The notes under the pieces are model-generated. The model did no database searches. It saw only the letters and a program-made list of their open reading frames with translations, and had not been told where the DNA came from. From Bacteroidia bacterium (GTDB lineage Bacteria; Bacteroidota; Bacteroidia; Chitinophagales; JAUHXS01), in the NCBI GenBank assembly GCA_030426955.1, contig JAUHXS010000005.1, positions 49,790-113,789 of the forward strand: DNA of 64,000 nt, in the 5' to 3' direction. Numbering within the stretch: the stretch's first letter is position 1; every line of letters begins with the position of its first letter. A program made the translations under genes and the position numbers. Shown in pieces: positions 38,296 to 47,973 of the stretch.

Positions 38296-38695
38296 ACCAA
38301 TAAGAGTTTTAGTAGCTAAAATTGGTCTGGATGGTCACGACAGAGGAGCAAAAGTAATTGCCTCTGCTCTGAGAGACTCTGGAATTGAAGTGATTTACAC
38401 AGGACTTCGACAAACACCAGAAATGGTTGTAAATGCTGCACTTCAAGAAGATGTGGATGCTATAGGAGTGAGTATTTTATCAGGTGCCCATATGACGGTT
38501 TTCCCCAAGGTTCTAAAGCTAATGAGTGAAAAAGGGTTAAACGATGTTCTGCTAACAGGTGGAGGTATTATCCCTGAAGAAGACATGAAGCTACTCACTG
38601 AAATGGGTGTTGGAAAATTATTTGCGCCAGGAACATCTACTCAGGAAATAGGAACATATATCAAAGATTGGGCATCAAAAAATAGAAATTTTTAA
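38288..38695 (+). CDS. stand-alone cobalamin-binding domain of methylmalonyl-CoA mutase
   Basis: GLDGHDRG (DxHxxG), SILSGAH, GGGIIP. Confidence 0.93.
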   Translation: MSRPIRVLVAKIGLDGHDRGAKVIASALRDSGIEVIYTGLRQTPEMVVNAALQEDVDAIGVSILSGAHMTVFPKVLKLMSEKGLNDVLLTGGGIIPEEDMKLLTEMGVGKLFAPGTSTQEIGTYIKDWASKNRNF

Positions 38696-38698
38696 TTT

Positions 38699-39472
38699 AT
38701 GAGTTTTAACAATCTTCTTACTAATGTAGAAAATGGCATTTTAACCATTACCATCAACAGACCTCAAGCGATGAATGCACTTAATATTGAGACCATTGCT
38801 GAACTGGGAAAAGCTATTGATGAAGCTTGTTCTAATAAGGAAATAAAGGGTATAATTATTACGGGTGCAGGAGACAAAGCGTTTGTTGCAGGTGCTGATA
38901 TTGCAGAGTTTGCCAATTTTACGAGCAAGGAGGGTAAAGAAATGGCACAAAATGGCCATGATGTATTTAATAAAATAGAGAATTGTCCTAAACCTGTTAT
39001 TGCAGCTGTGAATGGTTTTGCACTAGGCGGTGGCTGTGAGCTAGCCATGGCATGCCACATGAGAGTAGCCTCAGATAAAGCGAGGTTTGGTCAACCAGAG
39101 GTTAATTTGGGAATTATTCCTGGATATGGAGGCACACAAAGACTGCCAAAATTGATTGGAAAAGGTAGAGCTATGGAGTTAACTTTGACTGCTGATATGG
39201 TAAATGCTGAAGATGCTCTTAAAATAGGATTAGTCAATCACGTTGTATCTTTCGTGGACTTGATAAAAAAATGCACTGAAATTTTATCTAAAATAGCTAC
39301 CAAAGGTCCGCTAGCAGTTCAAAAGTCTATTGAATGTATCAATGCATCTGATACTAAAAACGGATTTGATTTAGAAATCAAACAATTTGCTAATTGCTTT
39401 GACACAGAAGACTTCAAAGAGGGTACTTCTGCATTTGTTGAGAAAAGAAAAGCAACTTTTAAAGGGCAGTAG
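38699..39472 (+). CDS. enoyl-CoA hydratase (crotonase)
   Basis: AFVAGADI, GFALGGGCELAM, GQPEVNLGIIPGYGGTQRL. Confidence 0.93.
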   Translation: MSFNNLLTNVENGILTITINRPQAMNALNIETIAELGKAIDEACSNKEIKGIIITGAGDKAFVAGADIAEFANFTSKEGKEMAQNGHDVFNKIENCPKPVIAAVNGFALGGGCELAMACHMRVASDKARFGQPEVNLGIIPGYGGTQRLPKLIGKGRAMELTLTADMVNAEDALKIGLVNHVVSFVDLIKKCTEILSKIATKGPLAVQKSIECINASDTKNGFDLEIKQFANCFDTEDFKEGTSAFVEKRKATFKGQ

Positions 39473-39513
39473 CCTCTATTGACTTCTTATCATCTTTTAA
39501 TTATCTTTAAAAG

Positions 39514-42500
39514 ATGTTGAGATACATTTCCATACATATAATTACTTTTTTTCTAATATTTGACTTATCAGGAGCTACTGTCACATGGAAGGGAAGTGCT
39601 AATACTGTATGGAATAATAGTGCTAATTGGCTTGGTGGAGTTAATCCGATTGATGGAGATGATATTGTTATCCCATCAGGGTCTTCTAATTACCCGACAA
39701 TTACAAATACTTCTCATAATGCTTTCGTGCCGAGGAATATTACCATACAAAGTGGCGGTAGTATTACTTTCAATCATCTATCAGGTAATATTTTTTTCTT
39801 CACAGGAAATTGGCAAAATGACGGAACATTTACCCATACAACAGGTATTATTGCGCCATCTGGTTCGGGGGCACAAACTATTGGAGGCAGTTCAGCTAAT
39901 AACTTTGTAGACCTTGCTCAAGCAGGAACAGGAACGACGACACTCACCGCAAATATCACAGTATCCAGTAGGTTTTTTGCTAGTATGGGTATTTTTAATA
40001 CCTCTTCTTTTACTATGACGGGAGCAGCAGAAATTAGAGGTTTAGGAGGAGAAATACGCTTTGGAAGCACTGGAGGAACGGTTCCTGGTCTTACAGGAAG
40101 GTACTCATACTCAACTGTAACCATCTTTGACTTTAATGCTAATGGTGATCAGGTTATAAGACCAGGGAAAGTATACTCAGCTATGATCATTTCAGGCACA
40201 GGGATAAAAAGGCTTCAAGGCAATGATACCTTAACCTATGGAATATATATTGCCGCAGGAGCGACACTTCAAGCACAACCAGATACTATTGTTCATCAAG
40301 GAAATATCTGGATTGTCGATGGAACATTTACTCACAGTAATGGTACGCTAAGGTTTGAAGGTAGTCCAACGATAACAGGTAGTGCAACAACAAATTTTTA
40401 TAATGTATATATCGTTTCTAACCTTACAGGTGCTTCAGGAACGATGTATGTTAGTGGTAATTGGAATAATCAAGGTAGATTTTTTCACAACGATGGTACT
40501 ATCGGCTTTAATGGAACAACAACAATAAATACGGGAAATAAAACTACTTTTAAGCACGTTTCTATTACTGGAACTTTAAATGCCCCTTCCTCAGATACAT
40601 TAGGTATTGCAGGAAACTTTGTACAAAGTGGTACTTTTAATCATTCGGATGGCGTTATTTTTTTTGATGGCAATACTACTATTAGTGGTGCTTCTCGAAG
40701 TACATTCAACAAAATTATTATTGACGACACCTTGACTGGATCATCTGGCTTTTTTGACATGAAAGGAGATTGGACAAATAATGGTACATATTTCCATAAT
40801 AATGGAAGAGTTATTTTTAATGGCGTAAGCGAAATACTGGGTAGTAGCATAACAGACTTCTATAGAGTTGATATAGGAGAATTCATTACGTTTCCTGGAG
40901 TTGCTAAAAATACGTTAACCGCTCCTTCAGGAATTATGAGAGTAGCGCGTCATTGGAGAAGGTATCATGCCAATAACGTTTTTGTTCATAACAATGGAAA
41001 AGTTATTTTTAATGGTGGCTCAGGAGTAAATCAGAATATTGCAGGCAATATAGCCACTACCTTTTCAAGAGTACAGTTGGATTCTCCAAGCACTATAACA
41101 ATGGTTCGGGATGTTGTAATCGAGGACAGCTTGATCTTAAATGATGGTATTTGGGATGAAAATGGAAGTTCCTTAAGTGGCGCTGGGTATTTAGATATGA
41201 ATAATTCATCCGAACTACATTTAGCAGAACTAGCAACTGTTCCAGCATTGAATGTAACGGTCGCCTCTTTCGAAAGCACCACCTCGGTTAGAATGTATGG
41301 TGGTGGTGACCAGACACTGGCAGTAGGTAGATACGGCGACCTTATCATAGATGGTAACAGCACAACTACTCTTGAAAACAATACGACCTGTCAAAACTTT
41401 ACTATTGATGATGCCACTGCTACTTTTGATGTATCTGCTAGTAATCATACTTTTTTTGTTTATAAGAACTGGACGAACAATGGCACTTTTGTTCCAAGAA
41501 ATGGTATTGTGAATATGTCAGGAGGGGCTGCTTATTCTATAGGAGGAACAGCTGCATCAACTTCTTTTTATGACCTTAATGTAGAATCAGGTACTGACGT
41601 GCAACTAAATCAATATATTACTGTAGCAAATGGTATAGTGATGTCTGATGGCACCTTGGATCTTTTAGAGGATACGATTGAATTAGCATCAGCAGCATCA
41701 TTGAAAGGTGAATCAAGCATAAATAGGGTAAAAGCGACAGATGGTATGGGTGGAGAGGGCCAAGGTAATGGAGCAATATTTATAATACTAGATATTGGGG
41801 CTCCAACATCACTGAATGTAGGGGAACTAGGTTGTATTTTAACAAGTGACACCAATATGGGATCCACGACAATTTATAGAAGTCATAAGGTGCAATCTGG
41901 AAGTGGAAGTTTTTCTGGTAACTCTTCTATATATAGAACGTATAGTATTCATCCAACAAAGAATACTAACTTGAATGCCGCTTTCAGGTTTTCATACTTT
42001 GACTCTGAGTTAAATGGACATTTAGAAAATGAATTAGAATTTTATAAATGGATTAATCTTGGAGCAGGATATTGGTATAATATGGGAACAACATCAAGAG
42101 ATGGTGCTAGTAATTATGTCGAATTGACAGGTATTGAAAGCTTTTCTCCTTGGACACTAGCAAGCACAAGTACGCCATTACCTATAGAACTAGAGCATTT
42201 TACTGCTGTAAAAGATAATAGCCAAGTGAAAGTCAACTGGGCAACTTTAAGTGAAATAAACAACCACTACTTTACGGTTGAGAGGTCTCTTAATGCTATA
42301 GATTTTAATCCTATTGGTATGATTGAGTCGATAGGAGAAGGGTACAACTTGAATGAATATGAGTTTTATGATAGTTCTCCTCTAGAAGGAGAATCTTACT
42401 ATCGATTAAAACAGACTGATTTTGACGGGACTAGTACTTATTCTAAAGTTGCCATTATATCTTTTGATCATGTTCAAGAGGAGGTCTTTGTCATCACTAA

Positions 42501-42729
42501 TAATCCTAATGCAGATCAAAATATTGAAATTTTAATTAGATCTGAGATAAAAAAAGGAGATCAAGTTTTAGTTTACGATGCCTTGGGCAGATTGGCTTTT
42601 TCAAATTCCTTAAAGATTAGTGATCAATATCTTAAGATAGATTTGTCTAAGCAATTTTATCCGGGCATTTATATTATTCTATACTCTTCTGATAGCATTC
42701 TAGAAAATAAGAAAGCTTTACTATATTAA
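39514..42729 (+). CDS. large secreted beta-helix/adhesin-like repeat protein with T9SS type-A-like C-terminus
   Basis: Signal peptide; TWKG...W....NW; repeats G(N/D)W.N.GTF.H..G...F.G; PLPIELEHFTA...YYRLKQTDFDG pre-CTD module; degenerate CTD (VYDALGR...PGIY). Confidence 0.8.
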   Translation: MLRYISIHIITFFLIFDLSGATVTWKGSANTVWNNSANWLGGVNPIDGDDIVIPSGSSNYPTITNTSHNAFVPRNITIQSGGSITFNHLSGNIFFFTGNWQNDGTFTHTTGIIAPSGSGAQTIGGSSANNFVDLAQAGTGTTTLTANITVSSRFFASMGIFNTSSFTMTGAAEIRGLGGEIRFGSTGGTVPGLTGRYSYSTVTIFDFNANGDQVIRPGKVYSAMIISGTGIKRLQGNDTLTYGIYIAAGATLQAQPDTIVHQGNIWIVDGTFTHSNGTLRFEGSPTITGSATTNFYNVYIVSNLTGASGTMYVSGNWNNQGRFFHNDGTIGFNGTTTINTGNKTTFKHVSITGTLNAPSSDTLGIAGNFVQSGTFNHSDGVIFFDGNTTISGASRSTFNKIIIDDTLTGSSGFFDMKGDWTNNGTYFHNNGRVIFNGVSEILGSSITDFYRVDIGEFITFPGVAKNTLTAPSGIMRVARHWRRYHANNVFVHNNGKVIFNGGSGVNQNIAGNIATTFSRVQLDSPSTITMVRDVVIEDSLILNDGIWDENGSSLSGAGYLDMNNSSELHLAELATVPALNVTVASFESTTSVRMYGGGDQTLAVGRYGDLIIDGNSTTTLENNTTCQNFTIDDATATFDVSASNHTFFVYKNWTNNGTFVPRNGIVNMSGGAAYSIGGTAASTSFYDLNVESGTDVQLNQYITVANGIVMSDGTLDLLEDTIELASAASLKGESSINRVKATDGMGGEGQGNGAIFIILDIGAPTSLNVGELGCILTSDTNMGSTTIYRSHKVQSGSGSFSGNSSIYRTYSIHPTKNTNLNAAFRFSYFDSELNGHLENELEFYKWINLGAGYWYNMGTTSRDGASNYVELTGIESFSPWTLASTSTPLPIELEHFTAVKDNSQVKVNWATLSEINNHYFTVERSLNAIDFNPIGMIESIGEGYNLNEYEFYDSSPLEGESYYRLKQTDFDGTSTYSKVAIISFDHVQEEVFVITNNPNADQNIEILIRSEIKKGDQVLVYDALGRLAFSNSLKISDQYLKIDLSKQFYPGIYIILYSSDSILENKKALLY

Positions 42730-42842
42730 AATACTTGTTTAGTACAGGCAATTTTGTCTTTACCGGAATAAGTCCAATTAGATGCATTTACGATTGTTTT
42801 ATTCTTTTTACATTTGTAAGTACATTTTAAACATCAAGCATT

Positions 42843-44231
42843 ATGTCAACAAGAATAGAAAAAGATAGTATAGGATCAATAGAAGTGCCTGCAGATAAAT
42901 ATTGGGCAGCACAGACTCAAAGATCAATGCAGAACTTTAAAATTGGTGAGCAAAAAATGCCAAGGGAGATCATTCATGCATTTGCTGTTTTAAAGAAAGC
43001 CGCTGCTATGACTAATGCCAGTTGTGGTGTATTAGATGCTTCCAAATCAGATTTGATTGGCAAGGTTTGTGATGAAATTATTAATGATCAATTATCAGAT
43101 CAGTTTCCATTAGTTGTTTGGCAAACAGGTTCAGGAACGCAAAGTAATATGAATGTTAACGAAGTTATTGCTAATAGAGGACATATTATTAATGGTGGTT
43201 CATTAACGGATGAACCAAAAACTTTGCACCCTAATGATGACGTTAACAAATCTCAATCTTCTAATGACACCTTCCCAACAGCTATGCATATTGCTTGCTA
43301 CAAACTAATCGTTGAAAATACAATTCCAAAAGTTAAAATACTCAGAGAAACGCTTGCTAAAAAATCGAAAGAATTTGATGATGTAGTAAAGATTGGTCGA
43401 ACGCACTTTATGGATGCTACGCCGCTAACACTGGGGCAAGAGCTTTCTGGTTATGTTTCACAATTGGATCACGGTTTGAAAACAATTGATAATGCATTAG
43501 ACCACCTTTCTGAGTTAGCCTTAGGTGGTACAGCCGTTGGAACAGGCATTAACACGCCAGTAGGATATGCTGAAAAGGTGGCTGAAAACATTAAAAACCT
43601 GACTGGACTTCCTTTTAGGTCTGCTGAAAACAAGTTTGAAGCTTTAGCTGCTCATGATGCTATCGTTGAAATGTCAGGAGCTCTTAAAACGTTAGCTGTC
43701 AGTTTAATGAAAATTGGAAATGATATCAGAATGTTAGCCTCTGGGCCAAGAAGCGGTATTGGCGAATTGATCATTCCCGCCAATGAACCAGGCTCTTCTA
43801 TTATGCCTGGGAAAGTAAATCCAACGCAATGTGAAGCATTGACAATGGTTTGTGCTCAGGTAATCGGAAATGATGTTGCAATTAGTACTGGCGGTATGAC
43901 TGGACACTTTGAATTAAATGTCTTTAAGCCAATGATGGCATATAACCTTTTGACATCTGCTAGATTATTAGGAGATGCCAGTCAGTCTTTTAATGATAAT
44001 TGTGCAGTAGGATTAGAACCAAATCACCTAGAAATAAAAAACAAGCTAGATAATTCTTTGATGCTCGTAACTGCGCTTAACACGCACATCGGTTATGACA
44101 AAGCAGCACAAATTGCTAAAAAAGCACATAAAGAAAACACTACCTTAAAAGAAGCCGCATTGGCACTTGGCTTTTTAAACGAAGCCGAATACGACGAATG
44201 GGTTGACCCGAAGAAAATGATCGGTAGGTAA
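42843..44231 (+). CDS. fumC: class II fumarate hydratase
   Basis: [31 protein letters not shown]; TACATTTG -7 box at 42809-42816. Confidence 0.98.
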   Translation: MSTRIEKDSIGSIEVPADKYWAAQTQRSMQNFKIGEQKMPREIIHAFAVLKKAAAMTNASCGVLDASKSDLIGKVCDEIINDQLSDQFPLVVWQTGSGTQSNMNVNEVIANRGHIINGGSLTDEPKTLHPNDDVNKSQSSNDTFPTAMHIACYKLIVENTIPKVKILRETLAKKSKEFDDVVKIGRTHFMDATPLTLGQELSGYVSQLDHGLKTIDNALDHLSELALGGTAVGTGINTPVGYAEKVAENIKNLTGLPFRSAENKFEALAAHDAIVEMSGALKTLAVSLMKIGNDIRMLASGPRSGIGELIIPANEPGSSIMPGKVNPTQCEALTMVCAQVIGNDVAISTGGMTGHFELNVFKPMMAYNLLTSARLLGDASQSFNDNCAVGLEPNHLEIKNKLDNSLMLVTALNTHIGYDKAAQIAKKAHKENTTLKEAALALGFLNEAEYDEWVDPKKMIGR

Positions 44232-44483
44232 GCTTTTTCGGTTAAGTACTACCAAAAGTACTCGTTATTCAAGCTATTGTAGTAATAATTCAAAGCAGAA
44301 CGGGCAAATCTACCTGCAAGTAAGCGTCTTCGGTTTATTAATAAATAATTACTCAACCGTTTGATTATTAAATAACTACGTCTTTGTTTTGCTCGGTTTA
44401 AACGTTGATTTTTAAAAAAAACTGTTATAATTAGTTTCTGTACAGATATTATATTGAGGTAACAACTTCATAAACTGCTGTAC

Positions 44484-47400
44484 ATGAAAAAAATATACCC
44501 TAAGGGTCTTGGCATTGCCATGCTCGGACTTTTCATAAATTTGGAAATATCCGCACATACTCCAACTTCAGGAGAAGTATATAAATACAAACAAAATCAA
44601 ATAAGGTTTGAAGAAAATCAAGGTCAAGTTGCTGACTTGGCTGGAAACTATAGAGAAGATGTCTTATATATGGCATCTGCTCCAGGAATACAGATTGTTC
44701 TTTCATCAAATGGGCTGAGTTATTATTTATTAAAAGATGAAAAGGATCCTGAGTTTGAAAGAAGAGAAAGCGGAGATGTTGTCAAGAGAAAACGACACAA
44801 AACAACATGGGCTCGATTTGATATGCTACTTGAAGGTGGAAGTATTCAAAAGAATAACATTATTTCAGAAAGTCCCTTTTCAGATACTAAAAACTATTAT
44901 TTAGAGCATTGCCCTCAAGGCATAATGAATGTTAAGGGATATCAAAAGCTTTATATAAGTGACGTATATCCTAAAATTGATATGGCTATTTATGTTGATG
45001 CCTCTACTGGAATCAAATATGATTTTATTTTAAACCCAGGTGCAAATGCTAATAATATTCGATTATTATATGAAGGTGCAGGAATCGTTAGTAATACGGA
45101 TAGCAAAATTGCTATAAAAACACCCCTAGGAACTTTAGAGGAAGGAAATCTTTATGTATATAATAAAGTTTCACAAGACCCTATTGAAGCAAGCTATGAG
45201 TTGGCGGAGTTGGATGTAAAACATCACAAAGCTTTTGAACTTGGAGCCAATGAAAAAAATAGTTATTTGGTAACCTTTAACCTTGGAAGCATTGACCCAT
45301 TGGAAACGATTGTAATTGACCCCCCACTTACTTGGGGAACTCTAATTACTGGCAGCGGGCAGTTTACTGGAATTGGCGAAGTGGCAATTGAAGAAGAAGA
45401 TGGAGATGCCTTTGTAGTAGGCTATATTCATACTGCTGGATTAGTTGCTTTAAGAGATGCTGGCACTTATTATGACGATACTTATAATAGCCCTCATGAT
45501 GCCTACATTTTGAAATTTGATAAAGACGGCGTATTACTATGGGGAACCTATTATGGTGCTTCTGATTTTGAATGGGGAAGTGCTGTATCACTTGATAAGT
45601 CAGGTAATGTGTACTTTATCGGAGATGCTTGGGGAAATGGTTTGCCATTAGTAGATAATGGGACTTATTTTGACAACTCAGTTAGTGGCTTAAGTGATAT
45701 ATTCATATCAAAATTTAGTAATGATGGCGAATTGCTATGGGCAACATTTTACGGTGGTGCTGGCGAAGAGTATGCTAAGTCTATAGCCGTTAATGATGAT
45801 TATGAAGTATTAATAACTGGGACAACAACATCAGGAGATTTTCCTGTACAGAGTGCAGGAGCATTTTGCGATAGTATTTTGGGTGGAGGCCGAGATGCCT
45901 ATATCTTAAAATTTGACTCAGCAGGGAATAGGTTATGGGGAACCCTAATTGGTGGCAATGGGTGGGAGCGAGGTTATTCTATAACCTTTGACAAGAACTC
46001 TAATATAATTACCACAGGTACAACAGGATCATCAGATTTTCCAACCTTTGACAATGGCACTTACTATGATAATACATTTGGAGGAATTCGAGATGCTTAT
46101 ATTTTAAAATTTGCCTCAGACAATGTTCCTTTGTGGGGTTCCTATATAGGAGGAACGGGCAGAGACTGGGGTGCATCAGTAGATGTGGATACCAATAACA
46201 ATATTTTCCTGATGGGTTTTGCCGCAAGTGATGATATGCCTTTAGTTGATGCAGGGACCTACTACGATGATAAATTAGAAAAAGATACTTTAAAGTTTGG
46301 CTCTTTCGTATGGCCTCAAAAATATTCAGATGTATTCTTAGCTAAATTTGATGAGGATGGAAATCAAGAATGGGGAACGCTTTTTGGCGGTAAGGGTTTT
46401 GATGGCTGGGATGTTATTTTGGGTGGTACGGTTGATGGTGGGTATACTGCTTTAGATAAATGTGGCAATTTATATATCACCTTCAATATTGAAAGCGATG
46501 AAGACTCAGATATGGTTGTTCTTGATGAGGGCAATGGATCTTATTTCAATCCCGTTAATAGTGGAGGGTCTTGGGAGATATACCTAGCCAAGTTTTCTAA
46601 TCAAGGAGACTTATTGTGGGGAACATACTTTGGAGGGTCCAATAATGATGCTAAAGAAGCCATTAATATAAGCCCTCATGATAATAGCTTATGGATGGTT
46701 GGAGAGTGGATTGGATATAATGCTGTTGACATATATAGCGCTCCTATCTTAAACTCTGGTGAATATGCCTTTTTTGATGATCAACCATCAGGAGGAAGTG
46801 ACAATGGGTTTGTTGTAAAGCTATCTCAGCCATACATAGAAGGCTCTAATTTCAATTATTCAGATAAGATTTTTTGTCAAGGAGACTCTAGTGTCATTCC
46901 TGAAATAACTGGGACTCCTGATGGGCGATTTACTATAGAGAAAATAGGTGGTTATGGAGTCTATGTTTCATATATTGATTCCGCTACGGGAGAGATCAAT
47001 ATATCTGGTCTAGACACAGGCACTTATGTCGTTACTTATTTTACAGAGTACCCTTGCCCAGAAGATTCCTCTATTGAAATCAAGGTAATAGAAAAACCAG
47101 AAATTTCAATACAGTCACAAGATCCTTACTGTGAGGGGGATACGACAATTAACTTGACAGCAAATGTAGAAGGAGGAGTATGGTACGGTAGTGCCATTCA
47201 AGATTCTATATCGGGGAGGCTCTTAACAGATAGCTCAACGATAGGGGAAAATAGTGTTATGTATATATTAGATTTAGGAGCCTGTAGGATTAAAGACTCA
47301 ACAGATATTACAGTTGCAGAAAGCCCTAAAGTAGAAACAGAGGTTTATAGTATTTGTCCTGGAGAAATAAACATATCAGTAGTTGGAGGTATAGCACCGT

Positions 47401-47816
47401 ATTCGTTTGAGTGGAGTAACGAAGAAACTACGGAAGATATTTCAGGATTATATCAAGAGGGAGAGTATACTGTTTTAGTTACGGATGGTAATGGTTGCAA
47501 TTTTGAGAGCAAGTCAGAACTTATCTACACACAACCTTGTCCTTTTGCCATTTTTGTTCCTAATGCGATTTCTCCAGATGGAGATGGGAAAAACGATCTT
47601 TTAAAGATAAATGGATACGGCTTAAATAACTTTCTATTTTCATTATACAATGTATATGGAAAACTGATTTTTCAGACGGACGATTTATCTAAAGGTTGGA
47701 ATGCTAGTATTAATGGAAAAGAAATTTCCTCATCTATGCTGGCCTATACGCTACAAGCCGAGTTTTTAGATGGTTCTTCCATAGAGCAAAGCGGCAATAT
47801 TACTGTATTGAGGTAG
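44484..47816 (+). CDS. T9SS type-B CTD protein with SBBP beta-propeller repeats
   Basis: FEENQGQ N-terminal domain, IDPPLTWGT, repeated DAYILKF...G..LWGT..GG; SprB-like GG.APY.F.WS; FVPNAISPDGDGKND...GNITVLR. Confidence 0.87.
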   Translation: MKKIYPKGLGIAMLGLFINLEISAHTPTSGEVYKYKQNQIRFEENQGQVADLAGNYREDVLYMASAPGIQIVLSSNGLSYYLLKDEKDPEFERRESGDVVKRKRHKTTWARFDMLLEGGSIQKNNIISESPFSDTKNYYLEHCPQGIMNVKGYQKLYISDVYPKIDMAIYVDASTGIKYDFILNPGANANNIRLLYEGAGIVSNTDSKIAIKTPLGTLEEGNLYVYNKVSQDPIEASYELAELDVKHHKAFELGANEKNSYLVTFNLGSIDPLETIVIDPPLTWGTLITGSGQFTGIGEVAIEEEDGDAFVVGYIHTAGLVALRDAGTYYDDTYNSPHDAYILKFDKDGVLLWGTYYGASDFEWGSAVSLDKSGNVYFIGDAWGNGLPLVDNGTYFDNSVSGLSDIFISKFSNDGELLWATFYGGAGEEYAKSIAVNDDYEVLITGTTTSGDFPVQSAGAFCDSILGGGRDAYILKFDSAGNRLWGTLIGGNGWERGYSITFDKNSNIITTGTTGSSDFPTFDNGTYYDNTFGGIRDAYILKFASDNVPLWGSYIGGTGRDWGASVDVDTNNNIFLMGFAASDDMPLVDAGTYYDDKLEKDTLKFGSFVWPQKYSDVFLAKFDEDGNQEWGTLFGGKGFDGWDVILGGTVDGGYTALDKCGNLYITFNIESDEDSDMVVLDEGNGSYFNPVNSGGSWEIYLAKFSNQGDLLWGTYFGGSNNDAKEAINISPHDNSLWMVGEWIGYNAVDIYSAPILNSGEYAFFDDQPSGGSDNGFVVKLSQPYIEGSNFNYSDKIFCQGDSSVIPEITGTPDGRFTIEKIGGYGVYVSYIDSATGEINISGLDTGTYVVTYFTEYPCPEDSSIEIKVIEKPEISIQSQDPYCEGDTTINLTANVEGGVWYGSAIQDSISGRLLTDSSTIGENSVMYILDLGACRIKDSTDITVAESPKVETEVYSICPGEINISVVGGIAPYSFEWSNEETTEDISGLYQEGEYTVLVTDGNGCNFESKSELIYTQPCPFAIFVPNAISPDGDGKNDLLKINGYGLNNFLFSLYNVYGKLIFQTDDLSKGWNASINGKEISSSMLAYTLQAEFLDGSSIEQSGNITVLR

Positions 47817-47973
47817 CTTCGACATTATAAAATAGATATCGCATATAGTTGATAATCTTTGCTTTGAGGTCAATAAACACCACTTTCTAGATGTTATTGC
47901 TTTTAAAAAATGTATGGAATAAGACAAAGCAACGTGTTAGTTTTCAAATTTAAACAACATTCATAACAAGGGC

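Noticed and set aside
23422-44374. Identical 15-mer TTTGATTATTAAATA upstream of two type-B cargo genes (23422-23436, 44360-44374)
   Set aside because: Almost pure A/T in very AT-rich spacers, opposite orientation relative to the genes; a chance match is plausible.
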